A DNA stretch of 64,000 nucleotides, taken from the human T2T-CHM13v2.0 reference genome, Homo sapiens. Shown piece after piece: positions 23,298-45,950 of this stretch; positions within the stretch are counted from its first letter, which is position 1, and the number at the start of each line of letters is the position of its first letter. The stretch lies in assembly GCF_009914755.1 (NCBI RefSeq), contig NC_060929.1; one strand, written 5' to 3'. The position numbers and the translations under genes are program-made. The notes beneath the pieces were generated by a model. It was given only the letters and a program-made list of their open reading frames with translations, was not told the origin of the DNA and did no database searches.

Positions 23298-23358
23298 CGG
23301 CGGCTGCTGCAGCGGCTGCTGCTGCTACTGCGGCTCCTGCTGCCGCCGCCGCCGCCGC
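23298..23358 (+). repeat. Imperfect GCT/GCG/GCC trinucleotide tract in the REEP2 5' UTR
   Basis: cggcggctgctgcagcggctgctgctgctactgcggctcctgctgccgccgccgccgccg. Confidence 0.8.
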
Positions 23359-23424
23359 TCGGCCTCAGGCAGCTGCATCCTCGGCCGGGCCGGGTCCCCG
23401 CCCCGCGCCGCGCCCGGCCCCGCC

Positions 23425-23456
23425 ATGGTGTCCTGGATCATCTCTCGCCTGGTGGT
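23425..23456 (+). CDS. REEP2: REEP2 exon 1 (MVSWIISRLVV)
   Basis: Strong Kozak gccATGG; GT|gtgag donor; REEP1-4 type N-terminus. Confidence 0.96.
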
Positions 23457-25231
23457 GTGAGTGCGGCGGCGGCGGGGGGTGATGCGGGCTGTGATGGAGG
23501 GCGGGGGTGTTAAAGCCCGGGTGGACTTCTCCGAAGCTTCGTGCAGCAGAGTCACCTAAAGGCGCTGCGTCCTTATTTGGGGCCCCCAGAGACATGGAGA
23601 TGTGGCACCCAGGACTGGAGGGGGGAATATTAGGGGAGCGTGGCAGGCCTGGCTTCCCAGGGACCTCACCCACATTCTTTATTAATAACCTCTTTTATTT
23701 CTACCGTCCTTGCTCCTGCGCCCATCCTAGAGGCTGAGCAGCACGGCTTGATTTAAAAGGGGAGGCAGGCGCGTCCCCTCCCCCACCTAGCAGGTCTGGA
23801 CTGGAGGAGATCCTCAGACCCGGGCCCTGTCCCTCTGGGGGAGGTAACAGGGTGATGGAAGAGAGTGGAGCAAGGCAGGGCCTCATCATCATTCCGCAGC
23901 TCAGAGCCATCACCAGGCCCCTTGGTCTCTCCCTTCCACTCACTGTCAGGAGACTGGGGACGAGGGCATATGCCCTTAGGCCCCCTAGGGAGGAAGTCTG
24001 GGTATCGGGAAGCAGAAATGCTCGGAGGACAAAGTGTGAGAGGTAACTGGGAGAGGGGATGTGTGTGCTCAGCCTGGGATTGTGGACCCCGCTGGGGGAG
24101 GACGCTCGGTGGCCTTCATTCCAGGCTGCCAGCCACACTGTGGAGCTGTGTCTCTGGCACCTCCCCGGGCCCCAGGAGGGAACACACACCATTCCCCACG
24201 AGCCCAGACTTTGTCCTTGAGGATTCTGCTCCGCACTCCACTTGCACCAGCCGGTTTGGAAGTATCCCTCCTGTCCATGTGGAAACAGGCGACAGCCACA
24301 CATTGTCAAGGGGCTGAGCCTGACAGGGGCTCCTCGTGGTTCTCGGAGCTATCCCCTGCCCTAATGAGGACACTGCCCCTCGGCCTCCACCGTTGGGGAC
24401 TGACACCGGCAGCCCCACCCTGCTCCCTTCTTCCCATTCGGTACAGCCGGGCCGGCCAAGTGCTTCTGTCCTGGTTTACTCTAGACTCCTTCTCTTCCCC
24501 CACCCATCCCAGGGGGAATGGAGGGGCCTCACGCCTCCATGTGGCCTTCAGGGTGGCTGCTTCTCTCTTGCCTGGGCAAGCCCCAAAGGGCATCGGTCCT
24601 CTTCTTTCCCGGCCTGTGTCTTGTCTGCATTCTGTACTTGGATCACCAGCGGGGCCCTCCCCTGAGCCCTGTCCCTGTGGTGTTTACATGGGGGAATAAG
24701 CCTCTTTGCCTCTCTCAGGGCCTCCTGCCCCTGTGCCCTCTGTTCCCTAGGGCCCCAGGGCCACAGTGGTACCTCTGCCTGCCAGGTAGGGTGCCCTGTT
24801 AGGTGGTGTCAGGTTCCCTCGCAGAGCCTGGCTCTGAGGGAGGTGGAGGGTAAGGGCAGATGGGTGTGAATGGGCATGAGGTCAAGAAGGAAGACACCCT
24901 GTGGCAGTGACCTGACTCCCAGTCTCCATGACATATTTGTGTGTAACCAAGGATCATGGCGCAAGGGACTACATTGGACCCTCTGGCCTCTGGGCCTTTC
25001 CCTGCCTCCGGGGCTAGAGAAAAACTGAACAGTGGAGCGGGGAGGGGGCATCACCCTACCTGGCTGGGCATGTTCCATGCTGCTTTGACCTTAACCCCTG
25101 ACCTGAGTTCATCAGTCCAGCGGGGAGTTCTGTCTCTCTTCCCATTACTTACCCAGGGGCTGATGCGGAGCTGGGAGGGAGAGGCCACTGCCCTTGGCTG
25201 AGAGGCCCAGTAACCATGCCTGCCTCCCTAG

Positions 25232-25304
25232 GCTCATCTTTGGCACCCTGTACCCAGCCTATTCTTCCTACAAGGCCGTGAAGACAAAAAACGTGAAGGA
25301 ATAT
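25232..25304 (+). CDS. REEP2: REEP2 exon 2 ([24 protein letters not shown])
   Basis: ccctag / gtgagt boundaries, 73 nt; TB2/DP1/HVA22 domain motif YPAYxSYKA. Confidence 0.97.
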
Positions 25305-25600
25305 GTGAGTGGATGACCCTTCACCCCCTACCCAACCCACATGGCACAGAGAGGGGAGGGCACTGGGTCCTATTACAGATGGGGGTGACTTTGCACCAAC
25401 ACTGTCAGCCACTAACAAGACCCACCAGCAAAGGAGGGCCCTGGGTGTCCCACACAGTGCCTCCAACATGGCTGGCAGGCAGAAGTGGGGTCCTTGGTGT
25501 TCTCCCCAGCCCAGGCATGTTCAACAGGCAGAGCTGGGGTCCTGGGTGTCCCTGGCCCCTCAGCCCCGTGCCCCAGCCAGCGCTTCCCTCTGTCCCTCAG

Positions 25601-25677
25601 GTGAAATGGATGATGTACTGGATCGTCTTTGCCTTCTTCACCACGGCCGAGACGCTCACGGATATAGTGCTCTCCTG
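25601..25677 (+). CDS. REEP2: REEP2 exon 3 ([26 protein letters not shown])
   Basis: cctcag / gtgagg boundaries, 77 nt; KWMMYWIV motif. Confidence 0.97.
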
Positions 25678-25859
25678 GTGAGGTCCAGCGTCCCCTCCTG
25701 TATCTCAGGGCCCAGGGCCTCTGCCTTTCTCTACCCAGCCAGCCAAACAAAAGACTGGGCCTGGGGGTGAAGCTCCTCCCATTCCTGACAATTTCGTGGG
25801 GTCCTTGATATCTCCCCTCTCATGCCTAACTTGACCTGCAGAAGAACAGACATAGTAGT

Positions 25860-28050
<2,191 letters not shown>

Positions 28051-28630
28051 TATACATGTGTCTTGACACAGCAAAAGAGAGAGCTTTGATGAAGACTTTG
28101 TGAGGACATAGGTGACCTGAAGGAGTTTGTGACCAGAGGAGAAGGCACTATGGGGACTGAAGGGCAATCCTGGAGAAGTGAGGGTCGTGTCACGGTGGGG
28201 CAGGAGGGTCCAGAGCAAGCTAGAGAAGTCCCAGGCCTCTCGATGATAGGGAGGGCAGAAAGGGAAGGAGTGAAGACCCAGGTGTAGGCCTGCACAGTCA
28301 AGAGTTTCCCTTGGTGTTGACCCTAGGGCAGAGGAAGGGGGGTTTTCTCTAGGAGTGAGAGGGCTGGGGCTTGGGGAGAGGATGAGGCCAGGAGAGTCGC
28401 TGCTGGGGGAAATTCCTTCTAGTGTCACTGCTTACCTTCCTGTTTGGAGCTTCAGCTGAGCCCTCCAGACCCTTTCAGATTAGAAAGGAGCAGTCCCATG
28501 AGCCCCATGGGGACCCCAGTGCACTAAGAGTGAGGGGCTGTGCAGGGTCACACATGGGGCCGGTGCTGCTGGACACAGGGCACCTCCCAACTCCCTGCCC
28601 TGTACTCTGCGCTTGCCCCTGTCCCAACAG

Positions 28631-28751
28631 GTTCCCCTTCTACTTTGAACTGAAGATCGCCTTCGTGATATGGCTGCTGTCCCCTTACACCAAGGGCTCC
28701 AGCGTGCTCTACCGCAAGTTCGTGCACCCAACGCTGTCCAACAAGGAGAAG
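28631..28751 (+). CDS. REEP2: REEP2 exon 4 ([40 protein letters not shown])
   Basis: caacag / gtttg boundaries, 121 nt. Confidence 0.97.
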
Positions 28752-28969
28752 GTTTGCCCCCACTCTCAGCTCACCTCCCAGCCTGCCCCCAGCCAAGGCA
28801 GTCCAGAGCCTGCAGCCTCATACAGACTGGCCCTCCCTGTGGGGCCCAGAGCCCAAAGTGACCTGGCAGGGCTGCCGTGGCCTCCCGGAGCAGGAAGGGG
28901 CCTCTGTCCAGGGGTGAACAAGGGTAGGGCAGGACCTCTCCTCTTCTCCCTTCCCCTCCAATCCCATAG

Positions 28970-29083
28970 GAGATCGACGAGTACATCACGCAGGCCCGAG
29001 ACAAGAGCTATGAGACCATGATGAGGGTGGGCAAGAGGGGCCTGAACCTTGCCGCCAATGCTGCAGTCACAGCTGCCGCCAAG
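28970..29083 (+). CDS. REEP2: REEP2 exon 5 ([38 protein letters not shown])
   Basis: ccatag / gtgaga boundaries, 114 nt. Confidence 0.97.
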
Positions 29084-29443
29084 GTGAGATGGGGGCAGGC
29101 TCAGACTCCCAGGGCCCCTACCTTGTACAAAGGGCCCTGGCCAGGCCCCTTTGCATCCACCCTGTACTCGGGGCTGTAGAGACTCTGGGCTCATGCAGCT
29201 GGAGGCTCCAGTCCAGGCTCTACTGCTATCTGGCCGAGTCACTTTGATTGTCCGGCCATTTCCCCATCTGTCCCCAGAGGCAAAGTGTGGCCCTGCCCCA
29301 GCCCTCAGCTCTGTCTGTGTGGGACTGGGTGAGGACAGTGTGGGGAGGGCACCGAGCCTGGGGCTGCTGCCAGCACCATGGTGACCTCTATCTCCACCCC
29401 GCCCCTTCCCCCCGGCTCTCCCGGTGCGTGGTGGTGACCCTAG

Positions 29444-29591
29444 GGCCAGGGGGTGCTGTCAGAGAAGCTCCGCAGCTTCAGCATGCAGGACCTGACCCTG
29501 ATCCGGGACGAGGACGCACTGCCCCTGCAGAGGCCTGACGGCCGCCTCCGACCCAGCCCTGGCAGCCTCCTGGACACCATCGAGGACTTAG
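29444..29591 (+). CDS. REEP2: REEP2 exon 6 (GQGVLSEKLRSFSMQDL...DTIEDL); alternative acceptor at 29450
   Basis: tag|GGCCAG|GGG tandem acceptors; G|gtacag donor; RSFSMQDL motif shared by REEP1-4. Confidence 0.94.
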
Positions 29592-29683
29592 GTACAGGCA
29601 GGGCCCGGGGTTGGGGTGGGGCCCCAAGGGCAAGGAGTCCAGATGGGAAAGATTCCCCCACCTCCTTTTCTCCCTGCACCCAG

Positions 29684-29814
29684 GAGATGACCCTGCCCTG
29701 AGTCTAAGGTCCAGCACAAACCCGGCAGATTCCCGGACAGAGGCTTCTGAGGATGACATGGGAGACAAAGCTCCCAAGAGGGCCAAACCCATCAAAAAAG
29801 CGCCCAAAGCTGAG
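29684..29814 (+). CDS. REEP2: REEP2 exon 7 (GDDPALSLRSSTN...KKAPKAE)
   Basis: acccag / gtgagg boundaries, 131 nt. Confidence 0.95.
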
Positions 29815-29898
29815 GTGAGGGCACTGGCCAGAGCTTGGGGAAACAGGCAGGGGGTGGCGGCTCCAGGCTGAGCCCCATCTTCCTCCTTCTTTCCACAG

Positions 29899-29967
29899 CC
29901 ACTGGCTTCCAAGACACTGAAGACCCGGCCCAAGAAGAAGACCTCTGGCGGGGGCGACTCAGCTTGA
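29899..29967 (+). CDS. REEP2: REEP2 exon 8, coding part PLASKTLKTRPKKKTSGGGDSA-stop
   Basis: ccacag acceptor; TGA 29965-29967; total CDS 765 nt = 254 aa. Confidence 0.96.
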   Translation, partial: PLASKTLKTRPKKKTSGGGDSA

Positions 29968-31157
29968 GCCCCTCCACCCCCGCAGGCTGCAGAGCAAGGA
30001 TGAAGCCTCAGGAGGGGCCTCAGACCCAGCCCCTGCTCCACACTGTGCCAGTAGCCTAGGTGTCTCAGGCCCCTGGGCCCCGCAGATGGCCATTTCCGGT
30101 GCCTGCCCAGTGGCCACTCTTCTGGAAGGGGCTTGGAAAAGAGGAAGGAGGCCCAGCTGTGGGGGTTGAGGGTAGAGGGTGGACCAGAGGCTGAGGACTG
30201 AGCCACCCAAGGAGGTGGGGACTGCTCGGCCTCCACCGCTGTTCCGCTGCAGCCCCGCCCTGCCCCACCCACCCAGTGCCTTGCTGAAGCCCATAGCAAT
30301 CCGCTTCTCAGAGGTCCTATCGTGTTTCCACTGCTCGCCTTGGTTTGGGAGCAGGGAGGGGGAAGTCCTAGCCCAGATGGACCAAGGACGGGCCTGAAGG
30401 CACATGGGGGAAAGGGAGCACACGGGGAGGACGTTGGGGACCCTGGGTGGGGCCTCCAGGTGCAGCTGTGGATGGAAGACAGGGATTGGCCTGTGCTTCA
30501 GCGACCAGGATGGCCAGGCCAGAGCTGCAGCTGGGGGCTCTTTTCCTGGTCATTGGGTGGGGCTGAGTGCCACATGTTCCCACATTAAAAAGGGGGGTCC
30601 AGGGCTGTGTGAGTGTGTCTTTCTGGGTCTAGGGCTCGGGGGAGTTTGGGTCAAGGACTGTCCCTCCAGCAGTCGCCTCCTCCCACCCTGAGCCCCACAG
30701 TCATCTGGCCCTTTCCCTGCTCAACCCTCCCTCCTAGGCTCTGAGCCTCAGAGGACCCAGCCCATGAGAGAACGGGGATCTGGGGGGCCTCTCACCTGCT
30801 CCTATGACCTTGCTCCCTTTTAGGTCACCCCATTGCCACCGTGCCCCTGGGCTGGACTCCCGTGCTCCTCAGGGCCCACCCCTGCTCTGTCTGGTACAGG
30901 CCCCTGCTGAGTGGGCCCCTCTCCTCTGCCCCTGGGGTCCATCCCCTCTTGCCCAGGGTCCCCATCCTGTACCAAGCAGACTGGGCCCTAAGACCCCTGG
31001 CAGAACCCAGCCTCTGCTCACACCCGCCCCAGCTTCTGCCACGGCTTCAGTCAGGGCCAGGAGGAACACGTGAAGGAGAAAGAGAAATGCAGGAGCCGCG
31101 GGGCTCCCGGTTCCTTGGGAAGAGGGTGCCCATTGGACCTTTGGCACTGGATGAGCC

Positions 31158-31163
31158 AATAAA
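31158..31163 (+). terminator. REEP2: REEP2 poly(A) signal AATAAA (possible proximal ATTAAA at 30584-30589)
   Basis: Hexamer followed by a U/GU-rich downstream element (atttattttggcctctgtgctttgttc). Confidence 0.8.
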
Positions 31164-31382
31164 CCAAACTCTGGCACCTCATTTATTTTGGCCTCTGTGC
31201 TTTGTTCTTGCCACACCAGCTGACAGGTGGGAAGGACCTCAAGTGAGAAGCAGGGTTCAGCTGGGGGAGTGGGGAGGCCAGCCTGTGACTGACAGGAGCT
31301 CTGGTGCCCAGCTAAGAGATGGGCTTGAGGGGGCTCAGTCTGGGAAAATGGTTTTGGGACTCAAGATAAAACCAGAGGCCTA

Positions 31383-38952
<7,570 letters not shown>

Positions 38953-40144
38953 CTGGCCAATTTTTTTAAATGATTTTTTGTAGAGACAGGGGTTGCCCTA
39001 TGTTGTCCAGGCTGGTTGTCCAGGTTGTCAAACTCCTGAGCTCAAGGGATCCTCCTGCCTCGGCCTCCCAAAGTGTTGGGATTACAGGCGTGAGCTACCG
39101 TGCCCGCCCCACTCAAATCTTTGCATGCACATTTCCTTCTGCCTGAAGCACCCTTGTTTACCTGCTTCACCTGGTCAGCTCCTGTGTGTGCTTCGAGTCT
39201 CAGCTCAGAGTGACTCCTCCACCCCACTGCCAAGTTGTCAGATGCCCCTCCAGGCCCCTGACATACCTGTCCTTTCCCCCTGACAGCACACATTGCCCTG
39301 TGTGCCCATTGCCTGCTTCCCAGTCTGTTTATCCACCAGCCTGAAGGCTGGGGCATAGACAATGGGCCCAGCTGGCTCCCCACTGTTTGCCCAGCATCTC
39401 CAGCACGGGGCCTGGCACACGATAAACACTTGGCACATTTGTGTAGAATGTTACAAGGATGCCCCTGCAGCAATCTTTCCCTTCTGGAAAAACAGCAACC
39501 TTCAAACTTCAGTGTCTCTCAGCTGAGCTGTTGCCTACGCCCGAGGATGAGTGTCTGCGCTAAACAAGAGCTGCCCGGATCGGCTGCCCTTGCCCTGGCT
39601 GCCCCAGCGTGTGCCCACGCTCACTTGTGCTCCTTTTCTCTCTCTCACACACAGATGGGAGTCAGCTTTCCAGCCACATTCAGTTCTCGCTTTAATTCAA
39701 ATGCTAAATTGGGAAGAAGAGCAGCTTCACACTCTCGATTTAGCCTGGGAGAGAAAAAGTGAGACAGCCTGGATGTTGCCAGGGAAAGGAGAAAGAGAAA
39801 GCAGGGTCTGGGGTTGGAGTGTGGTGGCAAATGTACCAGAGCCCAAGGGAAAACAATGAAAGCCCCACCACCCAGCTCCTAAAAGTAAACCACCCAGAGC
39901 TCTGACCCCAGGGTGGCCCTTAAAGCCTCTTTCCTCCAGCAGGGCAACCCTTCCCGGCATTATCTCCATCTGGAGAGGGTGTGATGAGGGGCAGCACGGG
40001 AGTCTCTGAATATTAAAGCTACCCAGAGAGGGAGATGTTGCTACTTTGGTCACTGGTAGTAGGAAACCATGAGGTCTTTCTTAAATCTGACTTTGATTCC
40101 CCTTGTGAGAGCTACAGGTTATGATGAATTAGAACCCTGAGTCC

Positions 40145-40950
<806 letters not shown>

Positions 40951-43900
40951 TAAAATTTTAGGCCAGGCACTGTGGCTCACGCCTGTAATCCCAACACTTT
41001 GGAAGGCCAAGGTGGGCGGATCACCTGAGGTCGGGAGTTTGAGACCAGCCTGCCCAACATGGAGAAACCCCGTCTCTACTAAAAATACAAAATAAGCCCG
41101 GCGTGGTGGCACATGCCTGTAGTCCCAGCTACTTAGGAGGCTGAGGCAGGAGAATAGCGTGAACCTGGGAGGTGGAGCTTACAGTGAGCCAAGATTGCGC
41201 CGTTGCACTCCAGCTTAGACGACAGAGCGAGACTCTGTCTCAAAAAAAAAAAAAATACAGTTGTGTCCTGCCACAACAGCCCTCTCTGCAACTGGACCAG
41301 AGGGAAACTGGATCCTGTAAGTTCTAGACCCCTTCCTGTGCCTGCTTTTAGGAAGAGAAGTGCTGCCTCTGCCGGGAGTATAGCTGAGACCTTTCTGAGG
41401 ATGTTCCTAGGGACAGGAGCAGACCCTCCTGCCCTTATGGCTATTTGTCAGCATGATCGTGGATGGAAGCGCTCTCTCTCTCCTGTGCTGGGCGCCAGCT
41501 TCCTTCTCACTCACGCATGTTGACTTTGGCTTAAAACAGGGTTCCCATATGGAGGGAGTTGATAGGAAGATGGTTGGAGGAAGGAAGAATGACAGGGCCC
41601 TTCCATCAGCCTCCCAACCACCCTGCTGCCACTGTACCCGGGGAGATGGATGCTCCTTTGGGCTGGGCAGCTTGTCAGTCGGTGTGGGTGTCAGCTTTTC
41701 TGGCTGTCTTTCTGTCTCTACCTAGGAGGCCCCTGCAGGAGCCCCTGTGATAGCCGGTGCTGATGCATCCAGACCCCACCCTCTCTCCTGGACCATTGCA
41801 TGGGTGCCTGCCGGTCTCACCATCTGACCTCCCTGTGCCCCCCACAGCCTCCTGCGATGATTTTTTAAATGACAAGTTGGCTGTCTGACTGCCTGGGAAG
41901 CACTTCAGGGGGTGGGAGCTGGATCAGGGCCCCCGCATTCGCTGTGCTTCCCCCATGACAGCGTGTGTCACACTGCTCCAAGTGCTTCTTAACGTCTGTC
42001 TCCCCCACTGGGCTGTGAGCTGCCAAAGAGGGGGACCCTCCTTACCACTCTTTGCATCTTTAATGCCTAGAGCAGAAATGATGTTTGATAAATACTTGTT
42101 GAATGGATGAATTTAAGTGACCCGTTCCTATGTCTGTCTCCCCTACTGGACTTGACTCAAGAACCCTGCAGGGTGAAAGTGAAAGCTTCATCTGATTCAT
42201 TCCGGGGTCCCACAGAAGAGTTCTTGGTAGGAGCTGGGGTTCAGCCGGAGGGCTCTGAAGCCAGGCTGTCTGCATTGGAATCCTGGCTCCACCAGTGGGC
42301 AGCTCTGTGCCCTGGAGCAAATCGCCTGCCCTCTTTGAGTACGTTTCCTCATCAGTGAGATGGGGGTGAGGATGGCACCTGCCTCATAAGGCACTGTGAG
42401 GACAAATGCCCATCAAGTGTTTAGCACAGAGCCTGTCACATGGTTAACGTGTATTGGGGTGAGGGTGGAGATAGAGAATGTATCCAGAGATTAAGGAAAA
42501 TCAGTGGAAGCAAGCAGAATAGATATTATTGCTGTTTTTCCTGCATCCTGGTGTTTGTTGGAGTGGAAGTTGGGGGTGAAGCCGGTGCCAGAGTGGGGTG
42601 ACCCCAGGGGCTGCCTGCCCCCTCCCTCCCCATCCCCCGCACCAAGGCCTGCAGGACCCAAGCTCACCCACCAAGAAGCTGAGCAGCCCCGGCGCTGGGC
42701 GGTGGTGAGGGGCCAGAAATAACCGCCGTTGCTATTCCTGCCTTTCTGGGCTGGGTGGAAACGCTGCCTTTCTAATCTAAAGGCTGCTCTCGACTTCCTG
42801 CACATCAGTGGGCTCTTATGTAATGCTCCCCTCCCTCTCCTGCCCAACGAGCTTCCAGAGATTTCTGCAGCCGGCTGGCTTTACTGCACACTCAGCTGGG
42901 GGTAGGGGGAGCAAAGAAACCACCAGAGGCTGGATTGTCCTCTGAGCCCAGGGTCCTGCCAGCCTCAGGCCTGGGAGAGAGACTGGCCAGCACAGAGCAG
43001 AGGGACGGATGTCCAAGGGCAGCAGCCTTGTTCTGCATCTGCAGGGCACTGCGGGACAGAGAAGACCCACTTCCACCCACTCCTTCTTCCCTTTACAGAC
43101 CCCTGCCCCCGAGTACAGACTGTGCCCCTCCCAAGTGCTGATGCCCCAAGGTCTTCCATTGTAGGCCTAACCTGACTCTGCCTGGTGCATCACTCCCCAG
43201 GCAGCCTCTGGGGAGAGGAGCCCAGACCCCAACTCTCCCAGGCAGGAACCCCCCATCCCCGTCACCAGGGGCTCAATCCTCTGTGATCTCTTCCCTGCAA
43301 CCCCTAGATCCCGTCCAGAGCACGCCAGGCACCCTCTTCAGACGCCCTGCGCCTCAGACCTCAGCATCACACTGCACGGCCCTTCACCTAGCTTGAGACC
43401 CAGGGCTGTCCTCTGGCATCTTGAGTGAGTAGATGAGACGGCTCACACTTCAGCACTCCAGGACGATCCTCCCTCTCTCTCCCTTGTCTTCCTCATGCTG
43501 CCCCCTCTCACCCACCCCCTCAGGGCACCTTCTGTCCCATCTCATGCCTGGCCTCCTCAGGTTTCTTCTCACCCCTCAAAGCCCTCCCTGGGGTAGGAGC
43601 AGAACTGCCCCAGACCCATTCAAAGCCCATCAGCCTTCGGCTGGAAAGTCAGTCGGAAAGTGTGACAGGTGCCCCAGACAAACCCCAAGAGAGTCACTTC
43701 CTGAGGCCCGGGCTGGCCACGTGCAAACCACGGCCTGAACAGTGCACTTGGGTGCTGACGTAGCCCAGGGCTGGGGAGGAGGAAGCAGCAATGGAAAAAG
43801 GGGCTTGTTTTCCTCTGAGAGCTGCAGCCGGCTCAGCCCTGGGTCGAGTGTTGGAGATGGGATGGTTCCACTGGCTTTCTCCTGGAGCCTCAGCGGCCTT

Positions 43901-45459
43901 GGGCAAGCTCAATTCTCTCTCCCCTCTGCCTCTTCCTCCTCTCCTGTTTGCAAGGAAAGGTCTAAGTGCAGATATCAGCTGAGGGCCTCTTACCTTTTCC
44001 CCGGCTTCTGGTATCAGTCACTTGGCCAGAAAGGTCTGAGAGCCCCAGGTCATCCCTAAGCACCCTTGAGGCCCAGTAGGCCCCTAGACCAGGGTGCAGA
44101 GTGACTCGGAGCCTTCCTTACCTCCAACATGGTTTCCTGCAGGCCCCAGGCTGGTTGTTTCATCTGGGCTGTTGGTCACAAGTGGGGTGCTCACTAGCCC
44201 CAACTGAGATTTGGCTCCTCGGGAGGGGCCAATTTTTTCACCATCTCCTCCCTTTCCTGTCCCCCCAATGACAGCAAACAGAAGTGTGCCATTGGCCAAA
44301 ATATAAGACCAGAGGGGAGTGAGGTGGCTCAGATGCCCCAGCCTTGTGACTGAGAAGCCAGGTCAGCGGCATAACCCTATCTAGGGAGGTGACTTTCAGC
44401 CCTTTTCATGACAGGCTAAGGCCTGGGCAGCATGCACGGTTCTGAGCTCAGCTCCTCCCACCGTTCCTAGGTGGAAGCTGCCTTCCAGGGGCTCACACCA
44501 CAGGGGCTGGGCAGGGTTGGGAAGGGCCACCTTCTCCTCTCTATGAGCTGTGAGGACAGAACAAGGGAGAGAGGGGGTGGACTGGTACATTTGGCTCTGC
44601 ACAATTCTTGCTGTCCACACCTTCACCTGAGGCCCCAGAAAGATCACAGCCAGACTCCCTTCCCTCCTGAGGCCTTTGCAAGGCTGGCCCTCTGCCTGCA
44701 ATGCTCTCCCCACCACACCCCTCTATGCAGTCAGTTTCCTCTCCTCTTTTTTATCTTTTATCGCTGCATAAATGCCACCTCCTCCAATATGCCTTTCCCT
44801 CACCTTCCTAGTATATCAGCCACACTCACCATGATCTGAAATTATCCTTTTTATTTGCATAACTGTTTATTTCTGTCTATCCCACTAAATGGTATTTTCC
44901 ATGAGAGCAAAGCCTCACTGCAGAATCTCTAAGACTCAGCACTGCACCCAATACACACAGTGGGCAATAAACCTTTTCAAAAGAATGAATGTTTTATTTA
45001 ACTTTACCTTCTGCTACTTCCCAAGAGGAAATCTCTCTACTCTAGCCCATTTCGTCCCCTTCCAGCCTCATTTTCCCCAGACAGACCACACATGGGCGCT
45101 CCTGGCCAACCCACCCCCAAGCCTGGCCTGAAACAGCTTCTCACTTCCCCACCACAAAGTTTGGGCCTTCTCACGTTCCTTCTCCTCCAAAATCTCTTCA
45201 TTGTCCCTGACCGTCTCCCAGCCTCCTGGAATCTCTCCCTTCTCTTATCTCCTATGTCCCTTAGTGTCACTGAGTTTTGCTGGCTAACAGGGCTGCTTCC
45301 TTTCTATTCTTTATTCTCTTGTAACATAGAATCCAGGCTCTCTTCTACCCAGCTGTAAGATCCTTAGAGGCAAAGGCCTATGCCATGGATCTTATTCCCA
45401 AACCTTGACTGCAGTTAGTCCTCAGGGAAGTTTTTATTGTTGTTGATAATGGGTGTTCA

Positions 45460-45950
45460 ACTGGTTAGGTTGTGAGTGAGAGAAACTAACTGAGGATGTT
45501 TTATTTTATTCAATAAAAAAGGAATTCATTGGCCTGCATAACTAAAAAGCTCAGGCTGAGTCCAGGGACCTTCTGTACGTTTGTCTCTCTCTTCTGTATG
45601 TCTCTTCTCTCTGACTTCCCCTGCATTGGCTTCATTCTCAGGCAGGCTCTCCAGGCCTGTGGGCGAAACGGCCTCCAGGCTTACATCCTATTGGCTTAGT
45701 ACCATCAGGGAAAGGGAATTTCCCTTTCCCAAGAGTTCTGGAAAAAGTGATTCTCATTGGCCTGGTTTGGGTCATGTGCCCATCCTGACTCAATCACTAC
45801 AGCTAGGGAAATGAACCACTCCTAGGCTAGGCCACCCCTGGGTGGATGGCCAGGCCCAGGGAACATACCTACTTATAGATGTAGAGTAGGGGCTATCTGC
45901 CCCCAACCACATGGATTAAGGTGGCTCCCCAAAGGAAACTGCTGGCTGGG
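45460..45950. mobile_element. MLT1-type MaLR LTR fragment
   Basis: ttggcttcattctcaggcaggctct ... cattggcctggtttgggtcatgtgcccatcc motifs resemble MLT1 LTRs. Confidence 0.55.

Larger units (their letters stand above)
23040..23520 (+). promoter_or_regulatory. REEP2: REEP2 CpG-island promoter / exon 1 region (X-box-like GTAACCATGGAGAC 23046-23059, EGR site GCGGGGGCG 23170-23178)
   Basis: High CpG density around the REEP2 ATG; motifs read directly. Confidence 0.85.

Noticed and set aside
23082-25078. Overlapping 100-212 aa ORFs across the REEP2 promoter and intron 1
   Set aside because: GC-rich, stop-poor sequence; no recognisable domains; mostly non-ATG starts
29478-30299. 273-aa antisense ORF over REEP2 exons 6-8
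   Set aside because: Runs through introns and UTR with no domain similarity; GC-rich shadow frame
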